Assembly: GCA_965644315.1 (NCBI GenBank)
Contig: CBFFRQ010000006.1
Location: forward strand, 1-64,000
DNA: 64,000 nucleotides
DNA from: Caecitellus pseudoparvulus
Lineage: Eukaryota; Protista; Bigyra: Bicosoecida
Direction of reading: 5' to 3'
Shown here: positions 12,696-26,897 of the stretch, piece by piece
Numbering within the stretch: the first letter of the stretch is position 1
How the letters are laid out: every line of letters starts with the position of its first letter
Notes under the pieces: generated by a model
Database searches by the model: none
What the model saw: the letters and a program-made list of their open reading frames with translations, nothing else
What the model was told of the DNA's origin: nothing
Program-made: the position numbers and the translations under genes

Positions 12696-12841
12696 GCAGC
12701 TGGAGCAGCTGGCTTGCCTTTGCAGGTGAAGGGAGGCAGGCGTGTGAGTGGCAAGTGCCGAGGTGCAGCATGAAAATGCGTGTATTTATTCGCACACAGG
12801 CTCTGGGCCTGCAACGCTGCCGCACGCGGGCGCGGAGCGTT

Positions 12842-15800
12842 TCAGGATTCGCTGGTGGACGTTTGAGTCGTCTCTTGCTCTGCTCTGTGCATAAGTGCCA
12901 CCGTGCGGTGCGAGGCGCGCCGATTCCGCCCTTTCTTGGACGCTTGGGCTGGGGATTTTGCTTCAGCAAGGCTTCGGCGTCTCTGCTTCGCAGTGGCCAA
13001 GAAGTGGTGCAGGACTTGTGGTGGCGCTGCGCTGGTGACGCGCTCGGATGTCGGCGGCGATTTTGAAGAGTCAGGAGATGCAGAGTCAATGGCGGGTGAC
13101 TTGTTAGGCTTTACAAGGCGTCCAGCACGAGCCCCTTGCTCGAAACGTGGAATTGCTCGAGCAAAAGCGGACATGAGAACTGCGGCTGTGTCCAAAGCGA
13201 ATCCCGGCACGGAAATCACCAACAGCAACAGAATTGCCGGCAACCAGAAGCCGAACGTAACGAGGAATGCCGCAGCTGACTCAGACGCGGCGGAGTTTAT
13301 GTTCATGGGGCTCAAATATGGGCTGGAGCGCCCAGCCTCGGCGAGGTAGCTGCCGCTCCTCCAAGCGTACAATGCAAACGTGCAGCCAGCCTGCACCATG
13401 ACCCCGCCTTGCACCAGCACTGACAGGGAATGCAGCAGCATCGACTGTCGGTGCAGGCGTGTGACAGCTGCCAGTCGCAAGCTGTGCCCAGCTCGCTTGT
13501 CCAGCTTGCTGCGCACTGCATGTTGCAACAGCGGCAAGCCCATCCAAGCTGGCGCGTCCCCCGTCATGAGCAGGGGCTGTAACCACAGGTTGGCCGCCAT
13601 GCACACGGCGCACACTGCCCCCGCCATGTAAGCGCGGTTGATGAGGAAGGGCGAGGCTGCCGCGGCCAGGGCGAGTGCAAAGCACTGCCCCAGCCACACG
13701 AGGCTGTACCACCACATGGAGGGGCGGAAGAAGCCCCAGCTCCACCCCAGACTCGTCCACAGCCACGTCGCAGGAGACGTGTTCGTCGCCTCCTCCACGT
13801 GCATCTGGGCGTGACTCAGCAGCGTGCCAGCGGCGTCTGGATACAAAAGAGCAGTGGCTGCTGTGGCCACTGGCCAGGTCGTCGTGCCATCCGCACCACA
13901 CTCCACCTCATCCCGCAGGCTCTCCATGTCTGCATCTTCTTTGTCTGAACCACCATGGCCTCCTGCGCTGGACTCCTGCAGCGCATCTGCAAGTCGGCCA
14001 GCTGCCAACACAGGCCGACCCCGCCACAGCACGACAAGCGGCACCACACCCCACAGCACAGCCAACAGCCCTGCCGTCACTTGCAACTGCACGTGCAGCT
14101 CTGAGCCAGCCAAGTACTTGAAGCCCTGCAGCATGTACTCGGCCTGGGGCGATGCGGGCAGTGTCAAGAACACCGTCACCATGGACAGCAGCGAGCGAGG
14201 CACGGTCATGAACATGGACAGGCCACAAGCAGCACCAATGGCTCCCAGCACCTCCCGGCCCCCACACACTCTACGCTGCTTGCCACACAAGGCGCTGCCT
14301 GCCACAACCACACCAGCTACCATGCACCCAGCCAGCAGCCCCAACACAGGCAGCGAAGCGCCGATGCCGAAGCTTGTCGTGACCAAGTCTCGCGCGCCCA
14401 GTACACAGCTCGTGTACTGCGCGTGCACGGGGAAGATGGGGGCGATGTGGGACAGGGTGGAGACGCCTTCCATGCCCTCCACTGTGCCCAGACGGTACGA
14501 GTCCAGCTGGGACGACCACTGCAGATGCAGCACCAGCAGCCACAGCGCCACGAAGCGCACTTGCAGCAAGGACGAAGCAGGCCCACTGCCTTCACCCGAC
14601 ACTTCAGCTGATCCGCCGTCCACAATCAGCGCAATGGATGCTCCAGCTGAGCGCTGGACCCAGTCCGCTCTGCTCTCGCTCTGCACAAACGGCACCTGCA
14701 GAGCAGGCGGCACTTCCACTGCGCCTTGGGGCTTGCCGCCCATGATGAACAGCACTCCCCGCCAGGCGCACAACAACAGGCCCAACAGCACCAAGCTCAT
14801 CAATGTCGTCGCGGCCAGAAGGGCGCTGGACGACTCGTGACAGGTCACACAGTCCACAGACGCGCCGCCTGCGACGGGCGAGTACGTATACGAGTCTGCA
14901 CACACGCCACACAGGTCGCCTTCGTGCCCATCAGCGCAACCTGTGGGGATGATGCTGTAGTTGCTCCACTGCAGGGACGTCGCCTGCCCCGCCTCACACG
15001 CCAGCGGATTGGGACACAGGAAGATGTTCTCCCCGATGTCGTTCGCTTGTGTGCCTGGGACGAGTCCCGCCCCATCAGCGTCCACAAGCGTGGAGGCCAG
15101 CGCAAAGCCAGGCAACACAGCCAAGATGCCATCGCCACACACAGCGCCCTCAGGGCACGCACTGCAGGTAGTCGAGCCAGGCAGCGAGAAGGTGCCGTCT
15201 CCACACCGCTGGCACACTGCGGGAGACGTCACTCGCCCAGCTGTCGCAACCACGCCCACCTTCCCCGCTCCACAAGGCGCACACACCAGTGACGCAGGCG
15301 ACAGGGCAGCTCCCTGTGGAGCCTGGGGTGCCACGCCATACCCTGCAGCACACTCACACACCAGCCCCGTCTGCACTTGATTCGGGCCACACTCAGCCCG
15401 GGCCACAGTGATTGCTGCGGCTCCTGCTGGGGAGGCCAGGCGTGTGGACAGCTCCCCGCCTGCACTGCCAGCGTCCACGTTCAGCACATCCACTTCGAAG
15501 CGCAGCCCAGCTCCCACTGGCAGCGCCCTCACGGTGGACAGGGACAGGAACACGCCGTACATGAAGGTCTGCGGCGCCTGGCTTGCAGGAACACCAACTT
15601 CAGCGCTGGACACCAGCGCACCGTGCAGTGAGCGCAGCAGGGCCAGCTCTGAGCCAGTCAGCGTTCGTGCCACAGCAGGAATGGAGGAGGAGTTTGCGCC
15701 GCCTCCTGACAGTGATCGCCCAGATGCACCGTTCACGAGCAGGCGGGCCGCGACGACATCTTGCCCAGCTTGGCGTGGTCGGCCCAGCGCATCTCGCAGC

Positions 15801-18800
15801 ACGACCAGAGCAAGCAGCACACCATCTGGAGTCAACAGCTGGTCATCGTCTGAGATGTGCGGCGACGTGATGACAGTGGACGGCTGCAGCGGCAGGTGCT
15901 GTCCGCTGATGGTCGAGGTCAGTGGCAGCAAACTGGACTGGCCAGGCGCAGCTGTGCCTTGCGCCACACGAACACTCACCACTGAGCTTCCGAGAGTCAG
16001 CGCCCCTGTGCGAGTGTCGTTCAGGAGAATGAGCACCGTCCCAGTGTACTGGCCAGGCTCAGGTGTGCTGGCATCAGAAATGCGGACCGACAACGGCGCC
16101 ACAGCATCACCCAAGGGAGGAATGACCACGCCCGCGTCCAACATGGGCGCCACACTGAGCCAGCTGGTGAACGCAGCCTCCAGACTGGCCAGCGCAGCCA
16201 ACGCATCAAACTGCACCTCCATGGCTGCACTCACGTCAGTGCTGTTGCGACTCGCAGCGCAGGCGTCAGCCACAGGGGCTATGGCCACATCTCCATCCAA
16301 CACAGCAGCATCCACGACAGCAACTGGGTCCACCCCGAGGTTTCGCAGGCTCAACGCTGTGACAGGCGTTGACGCGACAGCTCCAGAGCCCAGGGATGCA
16401 GGTGGGGACAAGGGTGGCACCCGCACTCGCCCAGGACATGGTTGCACCGTGGCCACCAAGATGCGCACAGGAATAGTCTGCACAGTGCCATGCACATCTC
16501 CCAGCACCAGCACCAGCTCAGCACGGTGCAAGCCCTGAGGGAGTTGGGACAGGTCCAGCGCAATTCGCACTGTGCTGACACTCCCAGGCTGTGTCGCGCC
16601 GTGCAGAGCGCCCCGAAGTGCAGGGTCGGCTTGCAGGACATCTCGAGTCGGGGCAAGGGCGAGCAGCTCGCCCCGTGTCGGCACGAAGCCGCCCACACTG
16701 GACACTGACAGCCAGCACTGTGAGGGCTGGTCTTGCAGCAAGAACCAGTCCAGGCCTGCCGTCCCACTGCTGTCAATGGTCAGACTCTGCTCCATGCTGC
16801 TGCTGTCTCCATCTGGCACAGCGTAGCCTTCGATGACTTCTGGAGTGGCCGAGCCAGCTGGCAGCTTCACATGCACAAGGAGGGGAATGCTGAGCAGGGT
16901 GTCGAAGGAGGCAGAGGAGTAGGCAGTCACGTTGAACAGGAACAGGCCTTGAAATGACGCCGCGTCTGAGCTGCTCCTCACATCCGTCACAGGAAGCGAC
17001 ACCTGCACGCGAGTGTCCAGCGACGTGAAAGCCGTCAGCGACAGTGGGCCTGCCAAGGATGGAGCCAGAACACGGGCAGAGGGAGGGCTGCCACCCTGTT
17101 CGTCGGCCATGGCCGCAGCAGCTGCAGCTGGATCCGAACTGGCCAAGGCCAGGAGGTCAGGGGCAGGACTGGCCACGTACTTCACTGACGCCACAGCAGC
17201 CCCGATGGAGGTGAGCTCGCCCAGAGCCCGGAAGGTCACGGGCACATCCACGAAGGCTGGGCCAGTGAAAAAAGCTGGAACTTCCAACACTGTCAGAGGC
17301 AAAGATGGAGTTGGTGCATCGATAAAAGTCACTCGTGGAGCTTGTTCGTAAAGCAGGGCGGATCCACCAACGACATCGGAAGGCATCGGAGCTCTGGATG
17401 GCGCAGCGGGAACGGATGGATCAGGGCTGCGGGTCATGGAAGGCGTGGCTGCTGCACTTGAGGATGCTGTGGGCGTCGCAGCACCTGTCGCGGAGGCTGT
17501 GGGTGATGGTGTGGGAGTGGCGCTCTTGACTGTGGCAGAGGCTGAAGCTGTCATGCTGGAGGTCGGCGAGGCGCTGACAGAAGCCGTGACATCGGCGGTC
17601 GCAGATGACGACGGGCTACTGGTGGCCTCTGAAGACACTAAAGGACTTGCAGTGCTGGTGGGGCTGTTCGTGGATGAGGGTGTGTTGCTGGGCGTGCCGC
17701 TGGCCGTGGCAGTTGCCGTGCTGGAAGTTGAAGGAGTGGCTGTAGAGGACGGAGAAGGTGACCACAGCAACGGCACGACACTTGGTCGCACCCAAGGCGA
17801 CACAGGCGCCAGCACATCAGCTGGAGGCGGCATAGAGCTGTCATTCCCCGCTCGCACCACAGACGCCAGCGTGCTCAGGCGGTGTTCCGGCAGCACCACC
17901 GGCTCGTACTGTGTTGGGGGAGCAGGCAATGCCTCCAGCACGTAGAAGTTGGAGGTCTTGGCATAGCCCCAGGTGTTCAGGGAGCCCCGCATCTTCAGGT
18001 CATCCATGTATGCCGCTGCAGTCAAGATGTGCAGCATACCTGACTCTGTCTGGCGCAGCAGGGCCATGCTGGAGCCGATGTTGCTCCAGTTGGGCAGCAT
18101 GCGGTCGTACAGGGGCGATGCCTTGACCACGGGCACGCTCTGCCGCACAGATCCATCTGGGTTGAGGTACACGGCATAGATCTCGGCGTGGCGCTGGATG
18201 CGCTCTCCGAAGTACCGCAGGGCTTGGTTGCCGAACATGCGTGGCCAGAGGATGTCCCGTGGATGCGGTGGGTTGTGCGGGAGGTGGCGAAGATCAGACC
18301 AAATGCTGTCAAGTCCATTTTGTCGATTTGTCTCTTGAAGGTTATTCTTGCAGAAATCTTTGATGTTGTTGACGGCTGTCTGAAATGGGCTTCCAGTCAT
18401 GTACTGCTCACGGGACTCGCCCAGGATGCTTTCCTTCTTCAGGTGGCTGTCCACGTAGCCATTGATTGCGCTCGACCAGGAACTTCGGCTGACAGCAGGA
18501 GCAGATGAAGTTGTGCGGTAGAAGAATTCTGACTGGCTGATGAAGGGGCACAGCACTGCTGTGGATACGGGCATGGAGGTTGGTGCCTTGCCAGCTTGCA
18601 GGGCCGGGAAGCGCTTGGCGTTCGCTATCTGGGAAAAATACATCGATTGGCCTGCGATAGGAACAGTCGCCCCATCAGGAATGCGACTTCCAGCCTCCCA
18701 AAGAACAGTTGAGAAGGGAAATGACTCAGAGGCAAGATCATAGAACGCCTGCAGCCCTGCATCCCTGAAGAAGTCCCTTCCATTGTGCTGCGCTCGGTAC

Positions 18801-21800
18801 CAGTCTGACTGGTCTCGTATCCACTGGTTTCTTGAGCTTGTCGTGGCAAAGTTTCGAAGAGGGGGGTTGCGAGGCACGGGGTTCCTGGATGCTGAATGGC
18901 TCGTGGATCTCAGCACTCCCCCAATGTTCGGACCCCTTGTCACAGTTGACGATGAACCTGTCGTTGCCATTGACTGCTCAAACATTCTCTCAGCAGAAAC
19001 CAAGGTTCCCATCCTTGCTGTACTCTTCTTCGTGCTTGAGCTTGACCCAGGAAAATGGTACCTTCGGTTGAAGGCATTGAATGCAGTCGGCATGACATGC
19101 CCTGACAGACCGTTCATGGTCACGTCAGGAATCCAGCTCGCTGCAGGTTGGAAGTTCCAGTAGCTCGTCGCCAGCGCTCCCCAGTTCACATTGAAGCTCG
19201 AACCAGATGTCCCACTGTTGCTCGTCTGTAGTACTTTCACGTTACCTTGCAGTGGCCACCGATTCCCATTTATCTTCCTTCGATACGTGCCATCCATGTA
19301 CTGACTGGCTGTGAACACCTCCCCACCGTTCCGCCACTTCGGATGCGCTTTCTGCCGCCATGAATCCACCTGCACCAACATGTCTGGAATGGAAGAAGCA
19401 AAGCCGTTCTCTTGACTGAAGCCAAGTGGATTGGGCACCATGTTCGGCCCTCCGAACACGCCCTCACTTCCTGGCTCAGCGCCGTCGTCCATGACTTGCC
19501 CTGCAGATGACGGACCCACATGCCCGTACAGCAGCTCTGGATGCAACCCGGACAACCCGATGCCCACAGTGGTGCCGCCCACATCGATGCCAAAGGGCCG
19601 GATGTCATTCTCCTGCAGCAAACTCGCGTTCAGCGCGGTGCCATTCCTGCCAAGTCGCACAAGCATCAACATGCCCTTGCCTTCTCGAGTCACAGGGTGG
19701 TGGTTCTTAGAATAAAGTCCGGCTGCACTTTGTGACGTCTCGGCCTTCATGTGCTGTGGGCGAATGAGGGTCGTCGCCCCGCTTGTTGATGCTCCGTACG
19801 GTGCTGCTGTGTTAGATGTTGAAGACTTGAACTTGTCCAGAACACGTGGACTGGCTCGCCACAGCGCGATCGCCACCACGCCACGCCCCACATACGTCAT
19901 GCTGTCCCCGAACCCCATCTCAGGCCGTGCACTGTACGCTGTGAAGGATGGCGGCAGGCCAGGGATGGAAGCAGGCGCGATGAGGGAGCTGTGGCTGAAG
20001 GTGCCGTTCGCATCACGGTGCAGCAGCACGATGTACCGCTTGCGTGTCGAGCCGTCGTGGAACACTGCTGCGACGTCCACAGTGCCGTCACCTTCCAAGT
20101 CGCCAGCTGCTGCCAGACTGACCGGGAAGCGGTTCTTCGGATGCACAGGCGGCAAGGCAGCTGAGTGTTCCATGTGCACATCCAGCACATCCACATAGCT
20201 CCAGTCTACCAACAGCCCCGCTTCTGAGAAGTCCAGCAACAGTACAGCACCACGACCGTTCACAGAGCTGCTGTACGTGCCTGTCAGCGCTGCGATGCCT
20301 GAAGCCCCCGTTGCCATGGTCAGTCTGGGCGACCCAGAGTGGTTGTGCCAGCCCACGTTCGCCACTGCACAGCCAAGCTGCGCCCCTTCAGCTCCGATGT
20401 CAAGTGTGCTGGCAGCATCCCCGTCTTCCAGGTGCATGTGACCGCCTGTGCTATGTCGCCCGATGCGATCAAAGTGCCCCACACGGTACATGCCATCTGC
20501 CAGCACCTTCTTCCCAGGCTCCACATTCGCGTGCTGCGATGTCGTGCCTGTGGAGCCATAGAAGTATTCACCGCTGTTCCATTCACGGGGAGTCCTGACA
20601 GCTTGCTTGGTGCCTGCTTCAGACTGGTTCCCTGGCACCATGTGCACCATGAACACTGCGCCAACATTGGATCGACGCAGTTGAGCCGGCTCTCGGCCGA
20701 AAGTGGTTAAGCCATAATTCCGGCCAATCTCACCAGCCAAAGGTGCTCCCACGAGCATTTCAGCCACTCCATCTCCATCGAAGTCGTGCATGGGCGCCAT
20801 GGACATGCCCAGGGAATATGCGCTGGCTTGATGCAAGGCCTTCACATTCGCGGCTGAGTTGCTTGCACTCACTGAAGCCCCTGGGAACATGGAGTTCCCA
20901 GGCCGGTACTTGTCTGTGGCGCCTTGCAGCAGCTGGGTGGTGGTGGAGCTGAACCTGGAGTTCAGATTGGACTCCCAGAAGTTGCACTGCAAACTGTTCA
21001 CAGTTCGCTCATATCGGTACCCAGACACAGGGCCACTACCGAGATAGATGGTGCTGTGGGTAACAGCGGGAGACAACAGTCGTGCAAGGCTTTGGGGCTC
21101 CCTTAACTCTCCACACACAGCAGCGAAGCGGTGCAGACACGCAGCACCGCTCTCCTCACACTCCAACGGCTTGCTCCGGACATGGCAGACTTGAGACCCC
21201 ATCAATGTCTCCTCACCCTCAGCGACAATGCTCACGTTCCGAAACACTGCCTCTCCATCTCGCCATGTGGATGTCCACACCTCACCCTCAACGTCTTCAC
21301 TGCTCGATCCAGAGCTGCTGGAGCTGGAGCTGCTGTCGCCACTTGCGGGCAGCAACACCGAGCCCTCCAGATTCCGTTCCACGTGGAGTCCGCTGCGTTC
21401 CTCAGCGTCATGCAGCAATGCAGCTCCAGCCGTGTCCATGTCTGCGGGCCCTTCCACGGTGCCCACCCAAGACTGCAAAGTCAGAGCCCCATCTTCACTG
21501 GTCCACTCGGCTGATTCCACTTCACCCAGGGCGTTCGCCATCAGACCTCGAAGAACAATGACTGGGAAGGGTAAGTCGGCAAGATGGTCGGCAAATTGAG
21601 CCGAGGTAGTTGGGTAAAACGTTTGAGACCCCGTCTCCCAGCACCCTCGCATGCGCTTGCCCATCGCAGCCAAGTACAGCCGCGCCATATTGTAGTCAGC
21701 CTTGTGCCCCGGTGCCCAAGTCAACGGGTCAATCCGCGTCGCCAGCTCGGCTTGCTCGTCATACGAAACACCAAATCCTCCTCCAGGTGGACCGTATGCA

Positions 21801-24800
21801 CGAGGGATGTAGCCCCACCCAGGCTGCACGATCTCACCCACCATCATCGCGCCTTGGTGTGGCGCCGCAGTGCTGTTCACGGTGCCGTTCGGGAGCAACG
21901 AGAATACGCCCATGCCTGGCAACATCATGAGCACATCCAACGCTCCGTTGCCATCTGGATCACCCAGCGGCAGAGCAGTGGCGAGTCCAGGATGTGGTGC
22001 TGACCCGTTCAAGCCAGTCATCAACACAGCTGAGCTGGAGCCGTTCACGACGGCGTGAGACGGCACAGCGCCCGGCATGCCTTCCTGCACACACGTCACA
22101 GGGCGCGAGAACACAGACGTCGGCACTTTGAACTGGCTGTCCAGGTGCAGCAAGCAGTACTGTGCTGACACTGAGTTTGGAGTGCGAACAGCCTCCTGCA
22201 AGCCACTGCCAGCGTGTGGCAGCGCCGCAGTGCCGCTTGTCGTGATGAGCAAGTCTGGAGTGCCGTCTTGAGCAAAGCTCGGTGCCGCTGCAAGTCGCAA
22301 CATGCGGGCTGGGAAGCCTGCTCCAGGCGAGGGTGCCATGGTTGGGGCGAAGATGCGGTGCCAGGTCTGCACTTGGGCAAGGGAAGAGCTTGTGATGAAG
22401 GACAAGGACAGGATGTAGATTGCCCCCGATCCGATGCCATGTGTGACCCCGGCACAGACTTGCGTCTCATCTGGCGCCAGCACAGCGATGGTGCTGCCTC
22501 CCAGCCACTCCACTGATGCGCCGAAGCGAGTCAAGCCATCTGACGCAGACGAACAGACAGCTGGCGGGCCGTCAGGCCAGTGAAGCCGGAAAAGGTCGCC
22601 TTCAAACGACTCCAAAAAGGCAAGCGCTGCGTGCGGAGTTGAGGTGTTGGAGCTTGGCGAAGAGATGACAGCAATTTCAGACTGCTGCTGATTGTCCAGC
22701 TGTGGGTTGCGGATGACAGTCATTGCGTGAGCAATGGGGCCAACGTTCGGCTCAACGCTCGTGAACATTTGGGGAGAGACCACTAGGGTCCCGCCACTTG
22801 AATCTGATTGTGGCATGGCCTGGTATCCAATCATGCTTATTGACACGATGGCTCCTTGCTGTGTGGAGTTGGCCAGCTGTGTTTCTGGAGCGCCAATCAA
22901 CAAACTGCCAATTCCACGAGGAGCGTTCCAGTCGCGCCCGTCATTCAGGTGGAAGCGAATAAAAGCCATGCAGCGGCCAAAGCCTGTCAAGCTTCCAGCT
23001 ATGCCTTCGTTCGGTGTCTTCGAGTTCACAGCGCTCTGATTCACTGACAGCATGTGAGATGCGATCACTTGGCGTGCAGTTGCATCGTACGCCACTTGCA
23101 ACAGCCCCACAGTGCCAGAACTGGCATTTCCAATATGTTCCACGCCAATCATCAAGATGCGGATGCCCTTTTTGTGCCACTTTCCTGCATGCCCCTCCTC
23201 CCACGGCAGATTGTCGTTGTTGGAGGGACCTCCATCACCCTGAGGCTCCAGCCAAGATGGCCAAGGTGCCTCGGTCAAGAACGGCAGCGCGAGCACACTG
23301 GAGCCAAACACTGCCTCCTCAGCGTACTCCCAGCGATCATGAAGGGACATTGCATCAGAATTGCTGGTATTGGGAAGGAGAGCCTCCTCCACGGCAGGTG
23401 AAATTAATGTGGGGGCTGTGAGCAGCACAGCTGGCCCTTGTACGTCGTCGCCTCCCAGCTGTGACGCTAGTGTTGGTGCAGGAGAAAAGCGCAGGGCTGT
23501 GAAGAGGATGGACTCGGCGTATTCTGGCGCACTGGCGGGATCAACTGTCGACGCAGAAGGACAGTAGACAAGGGTCGACATTGTCCAAGTACTCGAGTAC
23601 GTTGGCAGATAGGAGCCACACTGTCGAGTGGGTTGCTCCTCGCTCCACAGCACACCTGGCAAGCTGATAGCCAGCTGCAGCGCAGCATTCAGCTGCGGCG
23701 GCTCCGCCTCCCGCCCAGCCAGAGCAGGTGCCGCTGCATCCCTCGTCCACGCCGCCACCATGCCAGCTGCCCATGTCTGCCACGCGCCTGGAGTTGAACC
23801 TTCACGCAGCCCCTGCAGTGCAGACGGCACGGTGTCCCCCAGAGTCGCGTTGGGGCGCCACAGCACGCCTTCGTGGCTCAGGCTGAAGTACTCTCCACTG
23901 GGCCGAAAGGCATCATCCAACGGCACCAGCAGCGCAGTGGGCGGCGCGCCAATGAGCAAGTCCATCGTGCCATCGCCGTTGGCAGGCGGCACAGCTGCCA
24001 AGGACATGCCCAGACCATTGCGAATTTGAGGGTTCTCATCCGCCTTGGCCAGCTGCAAGTCATGAAAGGCACCGTTGTCAATCAAGTGCAGCCGTGTCGG
24101 CATGCCAGTGGGACTCAACGTCAGCAACACGACTGTTCCGTCCAGGCTGCGCATGGCGCGGTCCGCGTTGCGGCGGCCTGGAGCACCAATGGCCAGCACG
24201 CCTCGCCCCAAGTACGCCAGACTCAGCCCGAACCAATCATCGTGGTGCTCGTTGTACTGCCGATCGAATGTCGTGCCGTCTGGCCTTCGGGGTGGTGCTT
24301 CGCCCCAGTGTTCGGCCTGGGGGTTGAAGGGGCTGTACTGGTGTCCTCCGCCCTCCACAAGGTTGTGCAGGTGTGTCACGTTGCGGGCGTGGCCGTACTG
24401 GTCCAAGAACACCACCAGCACCTCAGGGCCCCGGGCAAACGGCACCCGCAGCCAAGTATGCCGTGTCGTGCGTGCGCCAATGGCGAGGTCAGGCACGCCG
24501 TCCGAGTTCAGGTCGCGCAGCCCCACGACGCTGTGGCCCAGGCGAGCTTGCCCGATGTACGCGCTGGGCCGCAGACCAGGCACAGTCTTGCGGTCCAGGA
24601 CAGAGTACCGCAGTACACGTGGCCCTGCACTCATGAACAGGATGAGCACCCGCCCGCCACTGGCGTCCTTCCCGAACACGTCCCCTGGCGCGCCCACCGC
24701 CACATCCGGCCACCCGTTGCTGTCCACATCCCCCAACACAGCCACTGACGCGCCGAACGCAGGCTTGTAGCTGGTGCCTCCCAGCTCTGAGATGTTGGCA

Positions 24801-25521
24801 CTGCCAGCTGTGGAGGTCAGGGACACGATACTGACGTTGGACACCGCCAAGTCATCTCCAGCCTGCCACAACCGCTCAGCTGGCACGCCTCGTGGACCGC
24901 CCATTGCCGAGAGGAAGAACACGCCACCCACCTGCCGCCCCCCCACAGCAAGCAAGGGTGCACCCAGGATCCAGTCCCGGGCTCCATCGCCGTCGTAGTC
25001 TGCCCCCAGGTCCATGGCACTGCCCAGTCCTGTGATGGCCATGCTGGCGTTGATGGCAGCAGCAGCCGCCAGCAGCGCAGGGTGCGAGGCGTTGATTGCG
25101 TTGACGTCGTGGTCCAGGATGGCGTCGACGTCTTCAAACGGCAAGTCTGTGCAACAAGAAGTGCAGTGTTTGCGCTGGTGCATCTCTGTGGGCTGGAAAC
25201 GCGGACAGGGTCCAGGTGCGCGGAGCGACCTCGCTCACCTTTGCCCAAGTGCGCAGGCGCTTGAAACAGTGCACGACGCAGTGGTGGAGTGCTCGTGGCA
25301 TGGGTGGGACCGAGCTTCACGCTGAACGCGCGGTGCAGTGTCTGCTGCCGTCCAGGACAGCGCGCAGCAGAGTTCACTGGCGCATTTCTGTCGCAATCAC
25401 TCCCGCCAGCCGACGGAAAGCTCGCACTCTCCCAGCCATGCTGCTCGACATAGAGCGCCCCTGAAGAAACTTGCAGGGCCCAAGATACAAAAAGCAGTGA
25501 AATACACAAGGGGCGGTGCAT
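12842..25521 (-). CDS. Giant (~4,195 aa) surface protein: signal peptide, multiple FG-GAP/integrin-alpha-like propeller repeats, S/T-rich stalk, Cys-rich repeats and a multi-pass TM C-terminus
   Basis: Exon 1 (25521-25239; MHRPLCISLLFVSWALQVSSG) joins the 4113-aa ORF through a phase-1 GT-AG intron at 25238-25147. DxDGDG...D(L/W)xxGAP motifs (DYDGDGARDWILGAP, DVDSNGWPDVAVGAP, DLNSDGVPDLAIGA, DFDGDGVAEMLVGAP), CxxCxxGxF...CxxCPxGAxC repeats and at least 7 hydrophobic segments near the C-terminus. Confidence 0.85.
17400..17760 (-). repeat. Ser/Thr/Pro/Ala-rich mucin-like low-complexity stalk inside the giant protein
   Basis: SPSPSSTATPSTSSTATATASGTPSNTPSST... degenerate TPS/TAS repeats. Confidence 0.7.
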
Positions 25522-26009
25522 GGCGTGCGCTCGCTTCCTCTCTCGCTTTCTGCGTCAGCCAAAGCGGTCGGTGTCGTTTCGTGCAACTCCGACGAAACGG
25601 CAAAGAAGCTATTGCGCTTTGCTGCTCGGGTGACGCGGTTTACATCGATAGTATGGGGGAACATTAAAATCCATGTAGAGATCTGACTCTCACTTGGTCA
25701 TCATTGTGGGGTAGGTGTGCTTGCGCATAGTGTGGAGGAATGGGTGGTCTTCGACGAGCTTCTGCCGAAGTTGAGAGTTGGCACAAGTTCCTCAAAGACA
25801 CAACAACTCGTATACGCCCATCCTGAGTGTTCAATGGGTCGACCCACCTAAGGGGCCTCCTCTGGATCTTTCGAGTCGTCATACAAAGTCGTGAGCAATG
25901 GCTGGGGCTTCCACAGACAGTTCGAGCCATTGCCCACTCCTTCGTGTGGCTTCAGACGTACGTCCACGAGGCGATCGTTCCGGCCACTGCACAGCAATGG
26001 AGAACCCTC

Positions 26010-26522
26010 ATGGCACAGGCTTTAGACGAGCTTTCGTTGCTGTACGAGAGCACGGAGGAAGGGGGCTTGCTGGTGTGCTTCGAGGAGGATGGACGAGCAT
26101 TCTGCGTTGCCGTGTCGGTCGTGAGGGACGCGCTGCTGTCTGTCATGGCCAGTCCGGCAAGCGATGTGCGAGTGCGTCCATCTCGAAGGCAAGACGTTTT
26201 TGATTGGCTGGCTGACTTGAATAGCACTTTGGAGGAAGGCACCGCAGAAGTCAATCCGTACGAAGGGCACTTGCGTTTCCGGTATGCAGTGCCGTTGGCT
26301 CTCGAGAAGGGACTGCCCACGGACGGGTACAAAGGCATTGCGAAGCACTTGATCTTGGCTGCCAAGCACGAGCTGCTTCGGATTTGGGAGGAAGCCGAGG
26401 CCCTCGGGCTGCTCGTGCAAACTTCGCCTGGCGCAAAGGCTGCGCTGCAGACTCCACCCGAAGCCGAAGCGTCCACTGCAGCAGCAGCGGCTGCAGGTCA
26501 CACCCCTTCCAGCCAGGACTGA
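26010..26522 (+). CDS. YbjN-like (T3SS-chaperone-like fold) domain protein; start uncertain, frame open from 25827
   Basis: VRVRPSRRQDVFDWLADLNSTLEEGTAEVNPYEGHLRFRY matches the YbjN pattern P..R..V...L...N..L..G.......G..RFR. Confidence 0.55.
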   Translation: MAQALDELSLLYESTEEGGLLVCFEEDGRAFCVAVSVVRDALLSVMASPASDVRVRPSRRQDVFDWLADLNSTLEEGTAEVNPYEGHLRFRYAVPLALEKGLPTDGYKGIAKHLILAAKHELLRIWEEAEALGLLVQTSPGAKAALQTPPEAEASTAAAAAAGHTPSSQD

Positions 26523-26897
26523 CTGTGAATGGTCTCTGGAGCGCGCAGCAGCACGTTGGCCTTGTTTGAGACAAGCGTCTCAGGACCTACATGACTGGCT
26601 GGCGCTTCAACAGCCTCGGCGCGATTGGCCCAAGGAACGGGGGCAGCACATTCAGAATGTGCGGACGCCTGTAGGCTGCCACTGTCGTGTATGGATGTGT
26701 GCATGGTTGTTGCAAGTCCACATCTTTCGGTCCATGATTTGACCCGGCTATCAGACAAAGCAACTCAGCAGCTCCAGACAACCAATGCACACGACCGGGC
26801 ACATTCCACACACCCCGGCCTCTCCACCACTGACAAACAGCCTCGTTCTGCGTTTGCATTCGAATCCACACACCAGGACCTGCTCTGCAGCTCCCAA

